Source: Eledone cirrhosa
Lineage: Eukaryota
Reading direction: 5' to 3'
Assembly (NCBI GenBank): GCA_964016885.1
Contig: OZ024742.1
Location: 228,966,001 to 229,030,000, forward strand
Length of the DNA: 64,000 nt
The position numbers were made by a program, and so were the translations under genes. Numbering within the stretch: position 1 is the first letter of the stretch; each line of letters begins with the position of its first letter. A model generated the notes under the pieces. The model made no database searches. It saw only the letters and a list, made by a program, of their open reading frames with translations, and was not told the origin of the DNA. This document shows, piece after piece, positions 1 to 13,448 of this stretch.

Positions 1-614
1 ATTAACATAAATTTATCCCTATAAATATACCTATCAATTAAATTAATTTAATTTCTTTTTATAGATCGAAATTCGTTATGTTTTAAATAAGATTGATATT
101 TTTCACTAACAAATTTATCATAAACTTTTATTCTCCTTAGATTTTAACATTAGCATTATTCTTTAATAACATCAATTTTTCGTGTACCTTTAACCGGCTT
201 GACCTATTTTCATCCCCAAAGTAATCTTTTCATTCAAAATACTCTTTCCATTCAAAACTAAAGTCTGTATTCTTCTACCCCTAAATTAAATTTCTATTAC
301 TACTATTCTATCAACTTGACCACTTACTACCTTTCTATTGGTCAATTCAAAACCTGTTCCCAAACAGACCTATTTTATTAAATCTTTGTTGTTTTTTTTG
401 AATAAACAAATATCATTATTTCTGAAGACAGCATATATATATGTAGGTATGTATATTCCCTCTGATAGTTTGAAAAACTTTTACATACATCTATATGATA
501 TACATACCAATACACACATATATATCCTAGAAACGATCGTAAAATGATGAATTTTTTAATATGAGGAACTGTTTCTTTGTTTTTATTCATTATTTTTATT
601 CATTATTTTAATTA

Positions 615-618
<4 letters not shown>
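1..618 (+). mobile_element. HHR-bearing repeat fragment (family A, probably PLE-derived), ends in (TA)n
   Basis: Near-identical to the reverse complement of 56842-57385 and to 57400-57990; carries the hammerhead motif at 413-550. Confidence 0.65.
413..550 (+). ncRNA. Type I hammerhead ribozyme-like motif with about 100-nt stem II
   Basis: Stem I tcattattt/aaatgatga; CTGAAGA 422-428; GAAA 530-533; palindromic stem III A-CGATCG-T then A; the insert pairs (ggtatgtatat/atatacatacc). Confidence 0.7.
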
Positions 619-684
<66 letters not shown>

Positions 685-716
685 GTATGTATATATATAT
701 ATATACATATGTATAT

Positions 717-747
<31 letters not shown>

Positions 748-844
748 TACATATGTATATATACATATATACATATATATATATACACACACACATATAT
801 ATATATATATACATATATACACACACAGACACACAGACACACAG

Positions 845-876
<32 letters not shown>

Positions 877-877
877 G

Positions 878-924
<47 letters not shown>

Positions 925-1122
925 CAAGTAAGTATGTTTTGAAACAGTGAGCGAGTTTGAAATTAGAAATTGAATAACTTTCAGCGTATTTTTGGCTAAA
1001 GAACCTGGATAACCAAAGATGTGGGTTCGACTCCCATGTACGTCAATACTCATCTTTTTCCATTTATCTGAGGGTTCTAATCCCCATTATCAGGCTAAAT
1101 TTTCTTTAGTAAAAAATACGGT

Positions 1123-1123
<1 letters not shown>
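925..1123. mobile_element. tRNA-derived SINE-like repeat, internally inverted
   Basis: B-box-like gggttcgactccc at 1023-1035; homologous to 19588-19842; the 925-1003 part is inverted relative to the rest. Confidence 0.5.
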
Positions 1124-1162
<39 letters not shown>

Positions 1163-1193
1163 CATATATATACATACATATATATATACATAC

Positions 1194-1278
<85 letters not shown>

Positions 1279-1280
<2 letters not shown>

Positions 1281-2020
1281 GAAAGATTTGAATGGATACA
1301 GTTTAGTTGAAAGGAATTTATTGACACGTGTTTCTATAACAGTTACATAACCTAAAACAGCTATCTACAAACTTTTAGTTATGCAGACATTCAATATTTC
1401 AATGTTATTATTTACTGTCATTTCATCAGAATAATATTACTGAGGACCTATTTAGTTTTTATAGAGAATATTAGGAGGGAGGGGTGAAGTTGTTAGAAGA
1501 ATAGTTGAAGGAGTGGTTTTTCGATAGCAGTGAGAATTCTTGGTGGCAGTGAGTAATTAGATTCCCATCTGTTGTTTTGACATTTTTTATGGAATATATT
1601 ATTGGTTATTTTTCTAAATCTATAGAAGGATTAGAGATAGTAAAGATATGCGTGGTTGGTTTTGTGTTTGCACTTAACATTCAGACTTAAATTTTTCTTT
1701 CAAGTGTACGTATTCTTTCACCCACGCATTCACACACAAATATATTTGCACACCTCTACAAAATACATATACTCACAATTCACATATTCATACTTACATA
1801 TATATACACATGCATACACATATATATACACACATGTATTCATGTACATACATACGCGCTCATGTGTATACATTTTCATACTCAACTTATCTTTATATAT
1901 ACACACGTATAGACACACACATATATACATACATACTCTAGTCCATGTGTACACACATACGCATACATACACATCCACATACACATACATACATACACAT
2001 ATATATATACATATATACAT

Positions 2021-2073
<53 letters not shown>

Positions 2074-3234
2074 CCCACACACACACATATACACATACAC
2101 ACATATATATATATATATATAAGCACTTTAATACATGAATACACTTACATCTAACTATACACATCAAACATATATATATATTTACTTATTTATATACATT
2201 TTCACATATATATACATACTTATGGACGTTTTTAGACACATTCATTATCGCATATTTGTACCTATTCTCATCAGCATATCTTTTCATTATTAGTATGGTA
2301 ATTTAAGGTTATTAATATATGTTGAGAAGAGATTGTTTTTATATTTTTCTAACTAGATTAAGGTTTATATAGTTGGGGGATGTCCCTCTTTTATGTAATA
2401 TTTGGCTTGTAGTGGGAAAAAAGGGTTTTAGTTCTGTGACGGCAGAATAATGTTCGTTCAATTCTGTTATTCAGCAGTTTCTTCTTGTGTGTGATTATGT
2501 AATAAATCTCAAGATTACACAATTTGCAGAAATTTTGGCTCCTGGAAAAGCTTTGGGTTTTAGCTAATTTTTCCCATTTTAGGGTAAACTTTTGATTGCT
2601 ATCCCTGAGCGTCCAAGCTTTTTCTGCTAAAGTTGTTACATTTCTTTGGCTCTGAGCCAAAGAAATGTAACAACTTTAGCAGAAAAAGCTTGGACGCTCA
2701 GGGATAGCAATCAAAAGTTTACCCTAAAATGGGAAAAATTAGCTAAAACCCAAAGCTTTTCCAGGAGCCAAAATTTCTGCAAATTGTGTAATCTTGAGAT
2801 TTATTACATAATCACACACAAGAAGAAACTGCTGAATAACAGAATTGAACGAACATTATTCTGCCGTCACAGAACTAAAACCCTTTTTTCCCACTACAAG
2901 CCGAATATTACATAAAAGAGGGACATCCCCCAACTATATAAACCTTAATCTAGTTAGAAAAATATAAAAACAATCTCTTCTCAACATATATTAATAACCT
3001 TAAATTACCATACTAATAATGAAAAGATATGCTGATGAGAATAGGTACAAATATGCGATAATGAATGTGTCTAAAAACGTCCATAAGTATGTATATATAT
3101 GTGAAAATGTATATAAATAAGTAAATATATATATATGTTTGATGTGTATAGTTAGATGTAAGTGTATTCATGTATTAAAGTGCTTATATATATATATATA
3201 TATATGTGTGTATGTGTATATGTGTGTGTGTGGG

Positions 3235-3325
<91 letters not shown>

Positions 3326-4177
3326 ATGTATATATGTATATATATATGTGTATGTATGTATGTGTATGTGGATGTGTATGTATGCGTATGTGTGTACACA
3401 TGGACTAGAGTATGTATGTATATATGTGTGTGTCTATACGTGTGTATATATAAAGATAAGTTGAGTATGAAAATGTATACACATGAGCGCGTATGTATGT
3501 ACATGAATACATGTGTGTATATATATGTGTATGCATGTGTATATATATGTAAGTATGAATATGTGAATTGTGAGTATATGTATTTTGTAGAGGTGTGCAA
3601 ATATATTTGTGTGTGAATGCGTGGGTGAAAGAATACGTACACTTGAAAGAAAAATTTAAGTCTGAATGTTAAGTGCAAACACAAAACCAACCACGCATAT
3701 CTTTACTATCTCTAATCCTTCTATAGATTTAGAAAAATAACCAATAATATATTCCATAAAAAATGTCAAAACAACAGATGGGAATCTAATTACTCACTGC
3801 CACCAAGAATTCTCACTGCTATCGAAAAACCACTCCTTCAACTATTCTTCTAACAACTTCACCCCTCCCTCCTAATATTCTCTATAAAAACTAAATAGGT
3901 CCTCAGTAATATTATTCTGATGAAATGACAGTAAATAATAACATTGAAATATTGAATGTCTGCATAACTAAAAGTTTGTAGATAGCTGTTTTAGGTTATG
4001 TAACTGTTATAGAAACACGTGTCAATAAATTCCTTTCAACTAAACTGTATCCATTCAAATCTTTCTATTTTTCTCCGGATTACTTTTGGAACTACAACTG
4101 GAACCGTCGAGCAAACTCTACGTGAGCTGATAATCTACTGTGTGTAATATTTATATTACAACACAACGGAAAATACT
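1279..4177 (+). mobile_element. 5'-truncated Penelope-like element forming a 2.8-kb fold-back palindrome (arms 1279-2652 and 2654-4067)
   Basis: Mirror ORFs 2391-2660(-) and 2646-2915(+) encode a PLE GIY-YIG C-terminus (W..L..KWEKL..CKLCNLE..I..LLNNR.E...CRH..K); 1-nt centre at 2653; flanked by (TA)n. Confidence 0.85.
2646..2915 (+). pseudogene. Penelope-like GIY-YIG endonuclease C-terminal fragment
   Basis: CxLC..E..I....LLNxRxE....CRH motif typical of PLE endonuclease ends; mirrored on the minus strand at 2391-2660. Confidence 0.75.
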
Positions 4178-4530
4178 GTATATATATATACATATATATA
4201 TACATACATATATACATACATATATATATACATACATATATATACATATATATATACATACATATATATACATATATATATATATATATATCGATATATA
4301 TCGATATATAAATGAAAGGTATAGAAAACATTGTAGCGAAAAGCCAACAGTATTCCATAATATATATAATTAATTTTAAACATTTGACACATAATTAAAT
4401 TTTGACATATAATCATATTTTAACATTTGACTTTTTATTTAACTTTATTTTATATATATATTTATATACATATATATACAAAATAAAGTTAAATAAAAAG
4501 TCAAATGTTTAAAATTTAGCTTTGTTTATT

Positions 4531-4585
4531 ACTGCTATATATAATTCAGTGACAGCCATCTTTGGCTGTGACCTCTTCAGGCAGT
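4531..4585 (-). ncRNA. Hammerhead-like motif (degenerate, GAAT instead of GAAA)
   Basis: Minus strand reads actgc CTGAAGA g-gtcacagcca-aaga-tggctgtcac-t GAAT tatata TA gcagt; stems I and II pair. Confidence 0.55.
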
Positions 4586-4810
4586 CCGAATTAGTGTGGT
4601 ATAGACAAGTACATATGTTGTTGAGGTGTTTAACTTTGTCAATACTCTGATATGCCCAGTTCCTGGTTGGGTTGTTATTTCACTGAGGAACTGGAATCAT
4701 AACTTTATTTTACATTACTCCGGAGTAACCAAACCAACCTACGCACTTCGTCGAGTGCTCCAGCCTGCATACTGAGGTGTTGGTATACAACCAACATATA
4801 CTCAAAATCT

Positions 4811-4871
<61 letters not shown>

Positions 4872-4872
<1 letters not shown>

Positions 4873-5190
4873 GAGGGTAATCCCAAAAGTAAGGTCTCCA
4901 AAGCGTTGGAGACGCAGAGAAACTGTTCGTACGCCTATTGGCAACACTGTTGTGATTGGTGATTCCTTCACTCCCAAACAAGCATGCGCGCGTTTCGCTG
5001 GGATGCTCAATCTTGGCTTGGCAGCCGTTGAGAATGGAGCTCCCGTTGAACGCTACCGCCAAGTGCGAATTTCGCGCAGTTATTATATACGAGGGCAATC
5101 CCAAAGTAAGGTTTCACGAAGCATCATCCACAGGATTTTAACAGAAAAGTTGCAACATCGGAAGGAGACCTTACATTTGGGATTTCCCTC

Positions 5191-5191
<1 letters not shown>
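4872..5191. mobile_element. Tc1/mariner-type MITE with a duplicated left TIR
   Basis: TA-cgagggtaatcccaaaagtaaggtctcc matches the reverse complement of ggagaccttacatttgggatttccctcg (5164-5191); second left-TIR copy at 5090; sits in (TA)n. Confidence 0.7.
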
Positions 5192-5228
<37 letters not shown>

Positions 5229-5230
<2 letters not shown>

Positions 5231-5426
5231 GAAGGAAATGTGGTAAGGAACCAGGTGGACCATAACGCACCAAAGTACTCAATACTTAGGGTAGTAGAGT
5301 GGGTAATAGGAACGAGTAGGGCCCCGACGGCTGAGCTCAAGCCGTTTCGACGGCTAATTCTGGACTAAATTTAGTCCAGAATTAGCCGTCGAAACGGCTT
5401 GAGCTCAGCCGTCGGGGTCCTACTCG

Positions 5427-5429
<3 letters not shown>
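5229..5429 (-). mobile_element. Short (TA)n-inserted repeat family B (acgaaggaaatgtggtaagg...), fold-back copy
   Basis: About 10 copies in the window; perfect turn ggactaaa|tttagtcc at 5369/5370. Confidence 0.75.
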
Positions 5430-5484
<55 letters not shown>

Positions 5485-5486
5485 TA

Positions 5487-5685
5487 CAATCAAGGTTTAG
5501 CAAATAAGAAAATGTTTCAAAATAAATTTCAAAAAATTCACTGTACTTACTATGGTTACCATTACCGAATCGGTTTCGAGTCTCAAAAATAAATGGATAG
5601 TCCTTGCAGGCCTCCATTGAAAAGATAAACTCTCGTCAGAAGGTTCTTTTCACTCAGAGAATATAAAATTCCAGAGTTCAAATTA
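5487..5685 (-). mobile_element. HHR-bearing repeat family C fragment
   Basis: Homologous to 19864-20432 and 63522-63980; minus strand has CTGACGA-gagttt...agactc-GAAA-CCGATTCGG-TA. Confidence 0.65.
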
Positions 5686-6116
5686 TATATATATATATAT
5701 ATAAATATATATATATATGGGGTCATACTTTTTCGTATATCTCTATATATACGTATATGTATGTATATATGTGTGTATTTGTATGGTTGTGTGTGTGTGT
5801 GTGTGTGTGTGTCTGTATGTGTGTGTGTGTTTATATATATATATATATCTATATATGTATATGTATGTGTGTATGTATATGCATAATTACATACAGTGAT
5901 TTAATGCTTATTTTCATTGATCATTTGCTCCAGGAACTTGTTGAGTGCTCTAAATCAGCTATAAACATTTATACCCTTTTCTAATTATTTATTTATTTAT
6001 TATTTGTCGTATTCCCAACTTTTTATTTATATATATATATAATATTTATGTATTTTCTTATATATATATGTGTGTATGTATGTATATGTATGTGTATATA
6101 TATATGTATGTATATA

Positions 6117-6715
6117 GACGCCAACGACCATGAGACAGGTTGTATCCCAGTACAACCTGTCTCATGGTCGGGTCGTTGGCGACTAAACTGGCAACCCCAC
6201 CAAGGTTTCTTGATGAGGAGAGTGACTTTGGACATCTTGCAGGACTAAAAACAAAACCTGTCAAAGGGCAAAGGAGCTCTTAAGAGTCAATGGCCATCCA
6301 AAATCACCGGGAGAGATGACCCCTTAGCCTTTTTCAAGGCAGAATTCTAGGAGAAGGAAAACTCTGATATAACACCTGCAACTCTAATGGTATCCAATGA
6401 TGTTGACTTGTTCTTCTTTTTGGTAAATATCATCTTGGTTAAGAGAGTGAGACTGGCTTTGTGCAGTGCCTTTGCTCACTATAAAAGCTTCACGGCACAG
6501 GCATTGCTTTATATCTGGAGATCTCTCTGCACTTGTCGTAACATGGTACCATGGGCCCACCACTATGTGTCAATAATTGTCACAAGTGTAGTGATTGTAC
6601 CAGAGTTTTCAAGTCGCTGGCTGGACTAAAATGTCACACTCGTTCAGTGCATCGGTAGGGGTTCTCCTACATGGTTATAAAGTAGTGGCCGTACTCGAAA
6701 ACGAGTTGGCAGCCA

Positions 6716-6718
<3 letters not shown>
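6117..6718 (+). mobile_element. Non-autonomous RTE-like retroelement (5'UTR-like part fused to 3' end) with 5' fold-back
   Basis: Inverted homolog of 18845-19455; ggagaaggaaaactctga RTE-5'UTR-like motif; 3' part encodes a C..C.R.F.S.AGL..H finger; ends cagccacc(at)n. Confidence 0.65.
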
Positions 6719-6756
<38 letters not shown>

Positions 6757-7158
6757 AGTTAAACAAGGTTCATATGAATACATCTAAGAATGAGTTTTAC
6801 ACACATACATATGTGTGTATATGTATTTGTATGTATGGTTGTGTATATGTATGTATATATATGTGTATGTATATATGTATATATATATATATATGTGTAT
6901 ATATGTATATATGTGTGTATGTGTATGTATATGTGTACGTGTATGTATGTGTATATGTATATGTATGTGTGTGTGTGTGTGTATGTATTTATTTTTATGT
7001 ATGTATGTGTATATGCATTTGTGTGTGTGCGTATGTAGGTGTGTGTACATACATCTATATTTGTGCATCCGTATGTATGCGTGTATATATGTGTGTATGT
7101 ATGTGTGTGTATGTACGTGTGTATATATGTATGATTGTGTGTATGTATGTATGTATAT

Positions 7159-7208
<50 letters not shown>

Positions 7209-7292
7209 ATGGTAAATATTGATGCAATTCAAATCAAGCACACAACGTACTTTTTCCACATAGGAGTGACGGAGTAAATATCGGAGTGACGG

Positions 7293-7383
<91 letters not shown>

Positions 7384-7389
7384 ATATAC

Positions 7390-7429
<40 letters not shown>

Positions 7430-8007
7430 CTGTATGTGTATGTGTATATATATGTGTATGTATATATCTGTGTGTATGTAATTGTGTGTGTGTGTGTGCA
7501 TGTGTGTTTATTTTTCCTTTCCTTCTTCCTTTTCCATACTTTCCTTATGCATATTAACGGCTCAACTCACTCGATATGCAAATTAGGCTGCTCAGCTGTT
7601 AATATGCATAAGGAAAGTATATACTTTCAGACGTTCAACCATCTGGCAGGAAGGTATACGATGCTGACGATAGCTAATAAGCTTGAAACTAGTACATCGT
7701 TCCTGTGTCAGTGTTGAACAAAAAGGTGACGTGGCTGCCTAAACACTGTACAGCGTAATTCGGGCTGTTTGTTTACAAACAAACAAACCGTGCATTATAA
7801 TAAATCTTCGGTAAACCGATACGTGCATATATATATGTGTGCATGTATGTATATATATACATACTACTGTACGTCTGTATACATATATGTATGTACGTAT
7901 ACATACATACATACTTAAATTTAAGTAAGTGCCGTACTGAGAGTGAGAAATGAAATTTCGTTTCATTCTATTCCATATATATATATATATATATATATAC
8001 ATACATA

Positions 8008-8164
8008 TACGATGGGCTTCTACTAAGATTCCATCTTTTAAATATCACTCATCTGAATATGATCAACCAGATAGAGGGTCATAGAAATCACTTGCCTAAG
8101 GTGTTGTGCACTGGTAGTGAACCAGAAAAAGCGAACGCTTTAGCCGCACACTCATGCCTGCACC
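8008..8164 (-). mobile_element. Degenerate tRNA-derived SINE
   Basis: Reverse complement resembles 37910-38070 (ccttaggcaagtg...gaagcccatcgta). Confidence 0.5.
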
Positions 8165-8894
8165 AATTTTCTCTATTTTGAATTCTAATCAAAATAGTAA
8201 AGGAATGAAAAGTAAATAAAAATCCCATTAAGCGCATTTTTTTATCATTTTATCTGCATATATGCAACTCCGATGATCTAACCCATGTTTTAGTGACATG
8301 CTAAAGGAAAAATCGATTTAAGACCTCATGTTTGTTAATGTATATCAACTGACTTTTACCACACTCTTTAAAGAAAATAACGACAGTTAAATCGCGAAAC
8401 TAATTGAAGACGGAAAGAATATTTACCAGCAGAAATATATATAATTAGACTTTATATTAAGAGAAATCCCTGTGAGAAAGATATGAACGGCAAGAGAAAT
8501 CAATTTATCTAACGTTTAAGAAATATCATGCGGCGCTTCTTTAAACACACGAATCTATACATTAACATGTTAGGTTTGACTTGTTTACACTCTTTCATGT
8601 CCCAAATTAACTACTGACACGTGGTTTTATGGTAACATAGCAAATATATTTAGCAATCCCTATATTACTTTGAATAACATTCTTTTATTTATGTTTCACT
8701 ATCTGATCCCGAGGAAATTTCAGTGTAATTAGAAACAACCACAGTTTCAAATGTTTATTTATCGGTTTATAGATGGAAATAATATAATCTTTCGCGATTA
8801 AAAAACAAATGATGCATGCACACTATTACTATCTTTTTTTCTAAAGTGCCCGCTGTTTTACATGGAATATTTCAGTGGTATTAATATAATAACC

Positions 8895-9460
8895 AGGGTG
8901 GTTAGACCGCGGGATTAAATATCTCTGTATCTGTTCCCGGTGTCTGTACTCTGATTCAAATCCTGCTGATGTCAACAGTTCCTATCATCCTTGGAGGTCA
9001 ATAAAAATAAAAGACCCAAGGGCGTGGGTTGTCAGAATTGTTAAAGATTCGGACGGGAAGCTTTGCGCCTCCTGTCAGTTCTCACATTTTCTTTATATCT
9101 ATCAATAGGCAGATTTTGTCTTCTTTTGCACCAATGTTACACTTTACAGGAAAATAGTTTCTTTTCACTGTGCATAGATGTTTTATTTCCTCTCATATGA
9201 TATATTTATTACTTTGTTATATAAGGAGAATTAACAGAATTTTCAAAGTGTGAGATTAAATACCTTATTATTTGTTGCGGCTCCCTGTGGTCTGAGTTTA
9301 AGTCTCACCATAGTCACCTTTGACTTCGATCCTTTCCGGGTCGATAACATAAAGTACCAGTCCAGCGGCGATGGATTGGCAAAATTGTTAAAGATTAGGA
9401 TGGGATGCTTTACGATCTCTGTACCAGATCTTTGTATTCTGAGTCGAAATTCTACCTCCT
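8895..9460 (+). mobile_element. Degenerate Nin/Deu-domain SINE fragments
   Basis: ttcaaatcctgctgatgtcaac...tcatccttggaggtcaataaaa and gatcctttccgggtcgataacataaagtaccag. Confidence 0.45.
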
Positions 9461-9824
9461 ATCACCGGAAAAGCTGTGACGATATCAGCAATAGAAGACT
9501 AATTGAGATATAGTTACCGAGGTCATATTTCACGGTCAACACTCTTTTTGCATAAGTAAACAAATGTAGGTGTATAACGTCGACCTAACAAGAAAGTCTG
9601 ATTCTAAAAGATTGCTCTATTTGCTAGCAATAACAAGCAAACTTCCCTCCGATAGCATCCCACAGATTTCGTATTACACTAAATTGATTCATTTCAGGAA
9701 AGTGTTAGATTCAAAAGTGTTTTATTTTTTATTTTTTATCCAAGCGCTAAACAGTGTTTTATTACTCCTGAGAATTTTACTTTAATAATATATCATTCTT
9801 TACACTACCGATGATACTTAAGCC

Positions 9825-9862
<38 letters not shown>

Positions 9863-9863
<1 letters not shown>

Positions 9864-10849
9864 GGGCGCCTGGCACACTGAGTGTGCCCAGGCGCTCACC
9901 GCCCTCTGGCAGGCGGATCCGGTTATCAGTGGAGACTCCACCGCAACATTCTATAGAGGGCTGGTACGCAGCAGGTGCGACGACGCCCTCGGAGAAGCCC
10001 TAGACATGGAGGAGGACGAACTGGCCAGCCTGTTCGGTAGGACATTCAGCCCGGGACCTATGGACAACTTCCAGAAGTCCCTGGCCTGGCAGTGCTACCG
10101 AGGGGCTTTACCCGTTCGAGAAAGGCTCTACAGACACGGGCGCCCGGGTAGGGACCCCGCCAAAAAGATCTGTCCCAGATGCGTGTGCGACGAGGAAACC
10201 GTTGCACACGCATTAGTACACTGCTCGGGCGTAGCCGATCTGTGGGGCTATGTCGAACAACTGCTGTCAAGGGTGGGACCGATCCGGTTGACCACCGAGT
10301 CTATTGTAATGATCAAGCCGCCTCCCCCCTTCAAAGATGAAGCAGAGGCGGTGTTTCTGTGCGTAATAGCCATGGCGAAAGAGGTTGTATGGTGGACGCG
10401 TCTGAAAGGACTGAGGTCGGGCACCTTTCTCTCTGGCCAACAACTGGTCCGTTTCTTCCGATATCATTTCGGAAGAAGGATCAGGATGGAGAGAGAGGTG
10501 CTGCACCCCAGCCGTTTCTATGAAAGATGGGTGAAAGTGGCGAGAATGGCCCGTGTGAATGGGCCTTCACTCTACATCAGACTATAGGTGAGGAAGATGA
10601 AAGACCAAGGGAGCACCCCTTCTCTGTGCTCCTGAGGAGAAGGGTTGCACACTTTTTTCGGGGGTGTGTGCGACCCCCCAAGGCGCCTCCTCTCTATTGA
10701 GGATTTTGTTAAAAATTTTATTTTTTGTTATATCTTATTTTATTTTTATATTTTGTTATTGCCTCCTCCTTATTGAGGACGCCTTTTTGTGTAAACTCCC
10801 CCCTTTGTACTTGTCCCACTTTTGATGCCCTAGTGGCAAATAAAAGAAA
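9863..10849 (+). mobile_element. 5'-truncated L1/Tx1-clade LINE inserted in (TATC)n
   Basis: Encodes the ORF2 C-terminus with CPRC...ETVAHALVHC finger, closely similar to 51920-52638; 3'UTR with aataaa; (TATC)n on both sides. Confidence 0.92.
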
Positions 10850-10851
10850 TA

Positions 10852-10918
<67 letters not shown>

Positions 10919-10937
10919 ATAACTATTTACTACCCCA

Positions 10938-11004
<67 letters not shown>

Positions 11005-11130
11005 CTCACCTGTCTATTTTTCACTCCCACCCTAGTACCTTCAGTAAACCCAATCTCAAATCTTTTCTAAAGACATTTTTTTCTAATTCCAACCCAACCG
11101 TCCCCTCAATCTTTCTTATTTCTCAATCTT

Positions 11131-11166
11131 TCTTTCGATGAAGGACTAGCGTCCGAAACGTTAAGA
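11131..11166 (+). ncRNA. Minimal hammerhead-like motif (variant core TCGATGA)
   Basis: tctt TCGATGA a-ggac-tagc-gtcc GAAA cg TT aaga; the downstream tail recurs at 39855-39915. Confidence 0.5.
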
Positions 11167-11265
11167 CCATCTTCCTGGTGTATCAAGCGTTAAACTAATA
11201 TATCCCTTCCATATACTGTACCGATTGTGTTGTTATTTGTGTTTACCTTTTACATATATATATAC

Positions 11266-11315
<50 letters not shown>

Positions 11316-11316
11316 T

Positions 11317-11400
<84 letters not shown>

Positions 11401-11905
11401 AATCTATACAGAGAGAACAAAAGGGGGGAGATAGATAGATGAGGCAGCAGACCGATTAAGAGAGAGAGAGAGAGTTAATGACATATTTCTCTCTACATCT
11501 AACAAAAAATATTGTAAGAAATTGTTTTCATGTGTTTGCTTTTATATTCTTTTATATTCTTTTAAAAATCAATAACTAATTTTTCTTCAATTATTTATAC
11601 CGACATGTTTGTTTTTCATCTAGCTATGCTACTCAGTCACCTATCTATGGTTTTTAAATAAAATTATGTATTTTTATCTTCAAACAATTGCTTACCGTTT
11701 CGAAAAATGCCAGGTGTATTCTTGTAATTTCAATGTAAACGATACTTGCCTGAATAATTAAAGAATTATTGCAACGTTTCCAATATTTTTTTGTGTCTTT
11801 TACTTCGACATATATCTGCTGATACTTATATTATTTATTATAAAGTTATTGATTGATAATAAAATTGAAACTGAAACAATTATGTATGTAAGTATATATG
11901 CGCGG

Positions 11906-11937
<32 letters not shown>

Positions 11938-12089
11938 TACTCATAGATATATATGTATTCTTTTATATATATATATATATATTTATAAATATACGCTCAT
12001 ACACGAAGATGCAAAAACAGTCTTATTAGGTTCACACTTTGGAAGAAGTATATATATATATATGTATATATATGTATATATATATATGT

Positions 12090-12226
<137 letters not shown>

Positions 12227-12372
12227 CTTATATATATATATATATACTTATATATATATATATACTTATATATATATATATATATATATACTTATATATA
12301 TATATACTTATATATATATATACTTATATATATATATGTATATATACTTATATATACTTATATATATATATA

Positions 12373-12431
<59 letters not shown>

Positions 12432-12458
12432 TTATATATATATACTTATATATATATA

Positions 12459-12491
<33 letters not shown>

Positions 12492-12532
12492 TTATATATA
12501 TACACTTATATATATATACTTATATATATATA

Positions 12533-12569
<37 letters not shown>

Positions 12570-12640
12570 TTATATATATATACTTATATATATATATACT
12601 TATATATATATATACTTATATATATATACTTATATATATA

Positions 12641-12738
<98 letters not shown>

Positions 12739-13139
12739 CATATATATATATACATACATATATATATATATATATTCATACATACATAATATTCTTATGT
12801 ATATGTATGCACACGGCTTTTTATTTATTTCAGTATACTCTTACGTTGTTTAAAATGATTGATCGATAAATAATACAGATTGTATTATATTCTAATTAAA
12901 TAATCACATAATTACAAATCCATATATGTGTGTGTGTATATATATATTTATTGCCAACTATAATATAAACCGCCGGAAAGATGCATATGGGACCACACAA
13001 CAACATTGGGATAGAGCTAAAAAAAGGAGGATCTCTCGACTAGGACAGCAAAACGTAAAAATAATAAACCTTACGGCTGGAAACAAGGAAGTATAAACAC
13101 TTCGTTTAAAATAGGAAATAGTGTGCGTGAGTGAGCTAG

Positions 13140-13169
<30 letters not shown>

Positions 13170-13171
<2 letters not shown>

Positions 13172-13355
13172 CGAAGGAAATGTGGTAAGGAACCAGGCGG
13201 ACCATAACGCACCAAAGTACTCAATACTTGGGGTAGTAGAGTGGGTAATAGGAACCAGTAAGACCCCGACGGCTGAGCTCAAGCCGTTTCGACAGCTAAT
13301 TCTGAGAATTAGCTGTCGAAATGGCTTGAGCTCAGCCGTCGGGGTCTTACTGGTT

Positions 13356-13360
<5 letters not shown>
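13170..13360 (-). mobile_element. Family B fold-back copy
   Basis: Turn aattct-g-agaatt at 13304; both arms share copy-specific variants. Confidence 0.75.

Positions 13361-13444
<84 letters not shown>

Positions 13445-13448
<4 letters not shown>

Noticed and set aside
1010-1045. tRNA gene
   Set aside because: Only a T-arm/B-box-like motif; no cloverleaf; part of a SINE-like repeat
3913-3958. Hammerhead in the large palindrome (CTGATGA-aatg...catt-GAAA; mirror about 1388-1432)
   Set aside because: Stem I/III register forces G at the cleavage position or overlaps the core; at best degenerate
7255-7296. ggagtgacgg repeat next to TA as a transposon TIR
   Set aside because: No matching opposite end found in the window
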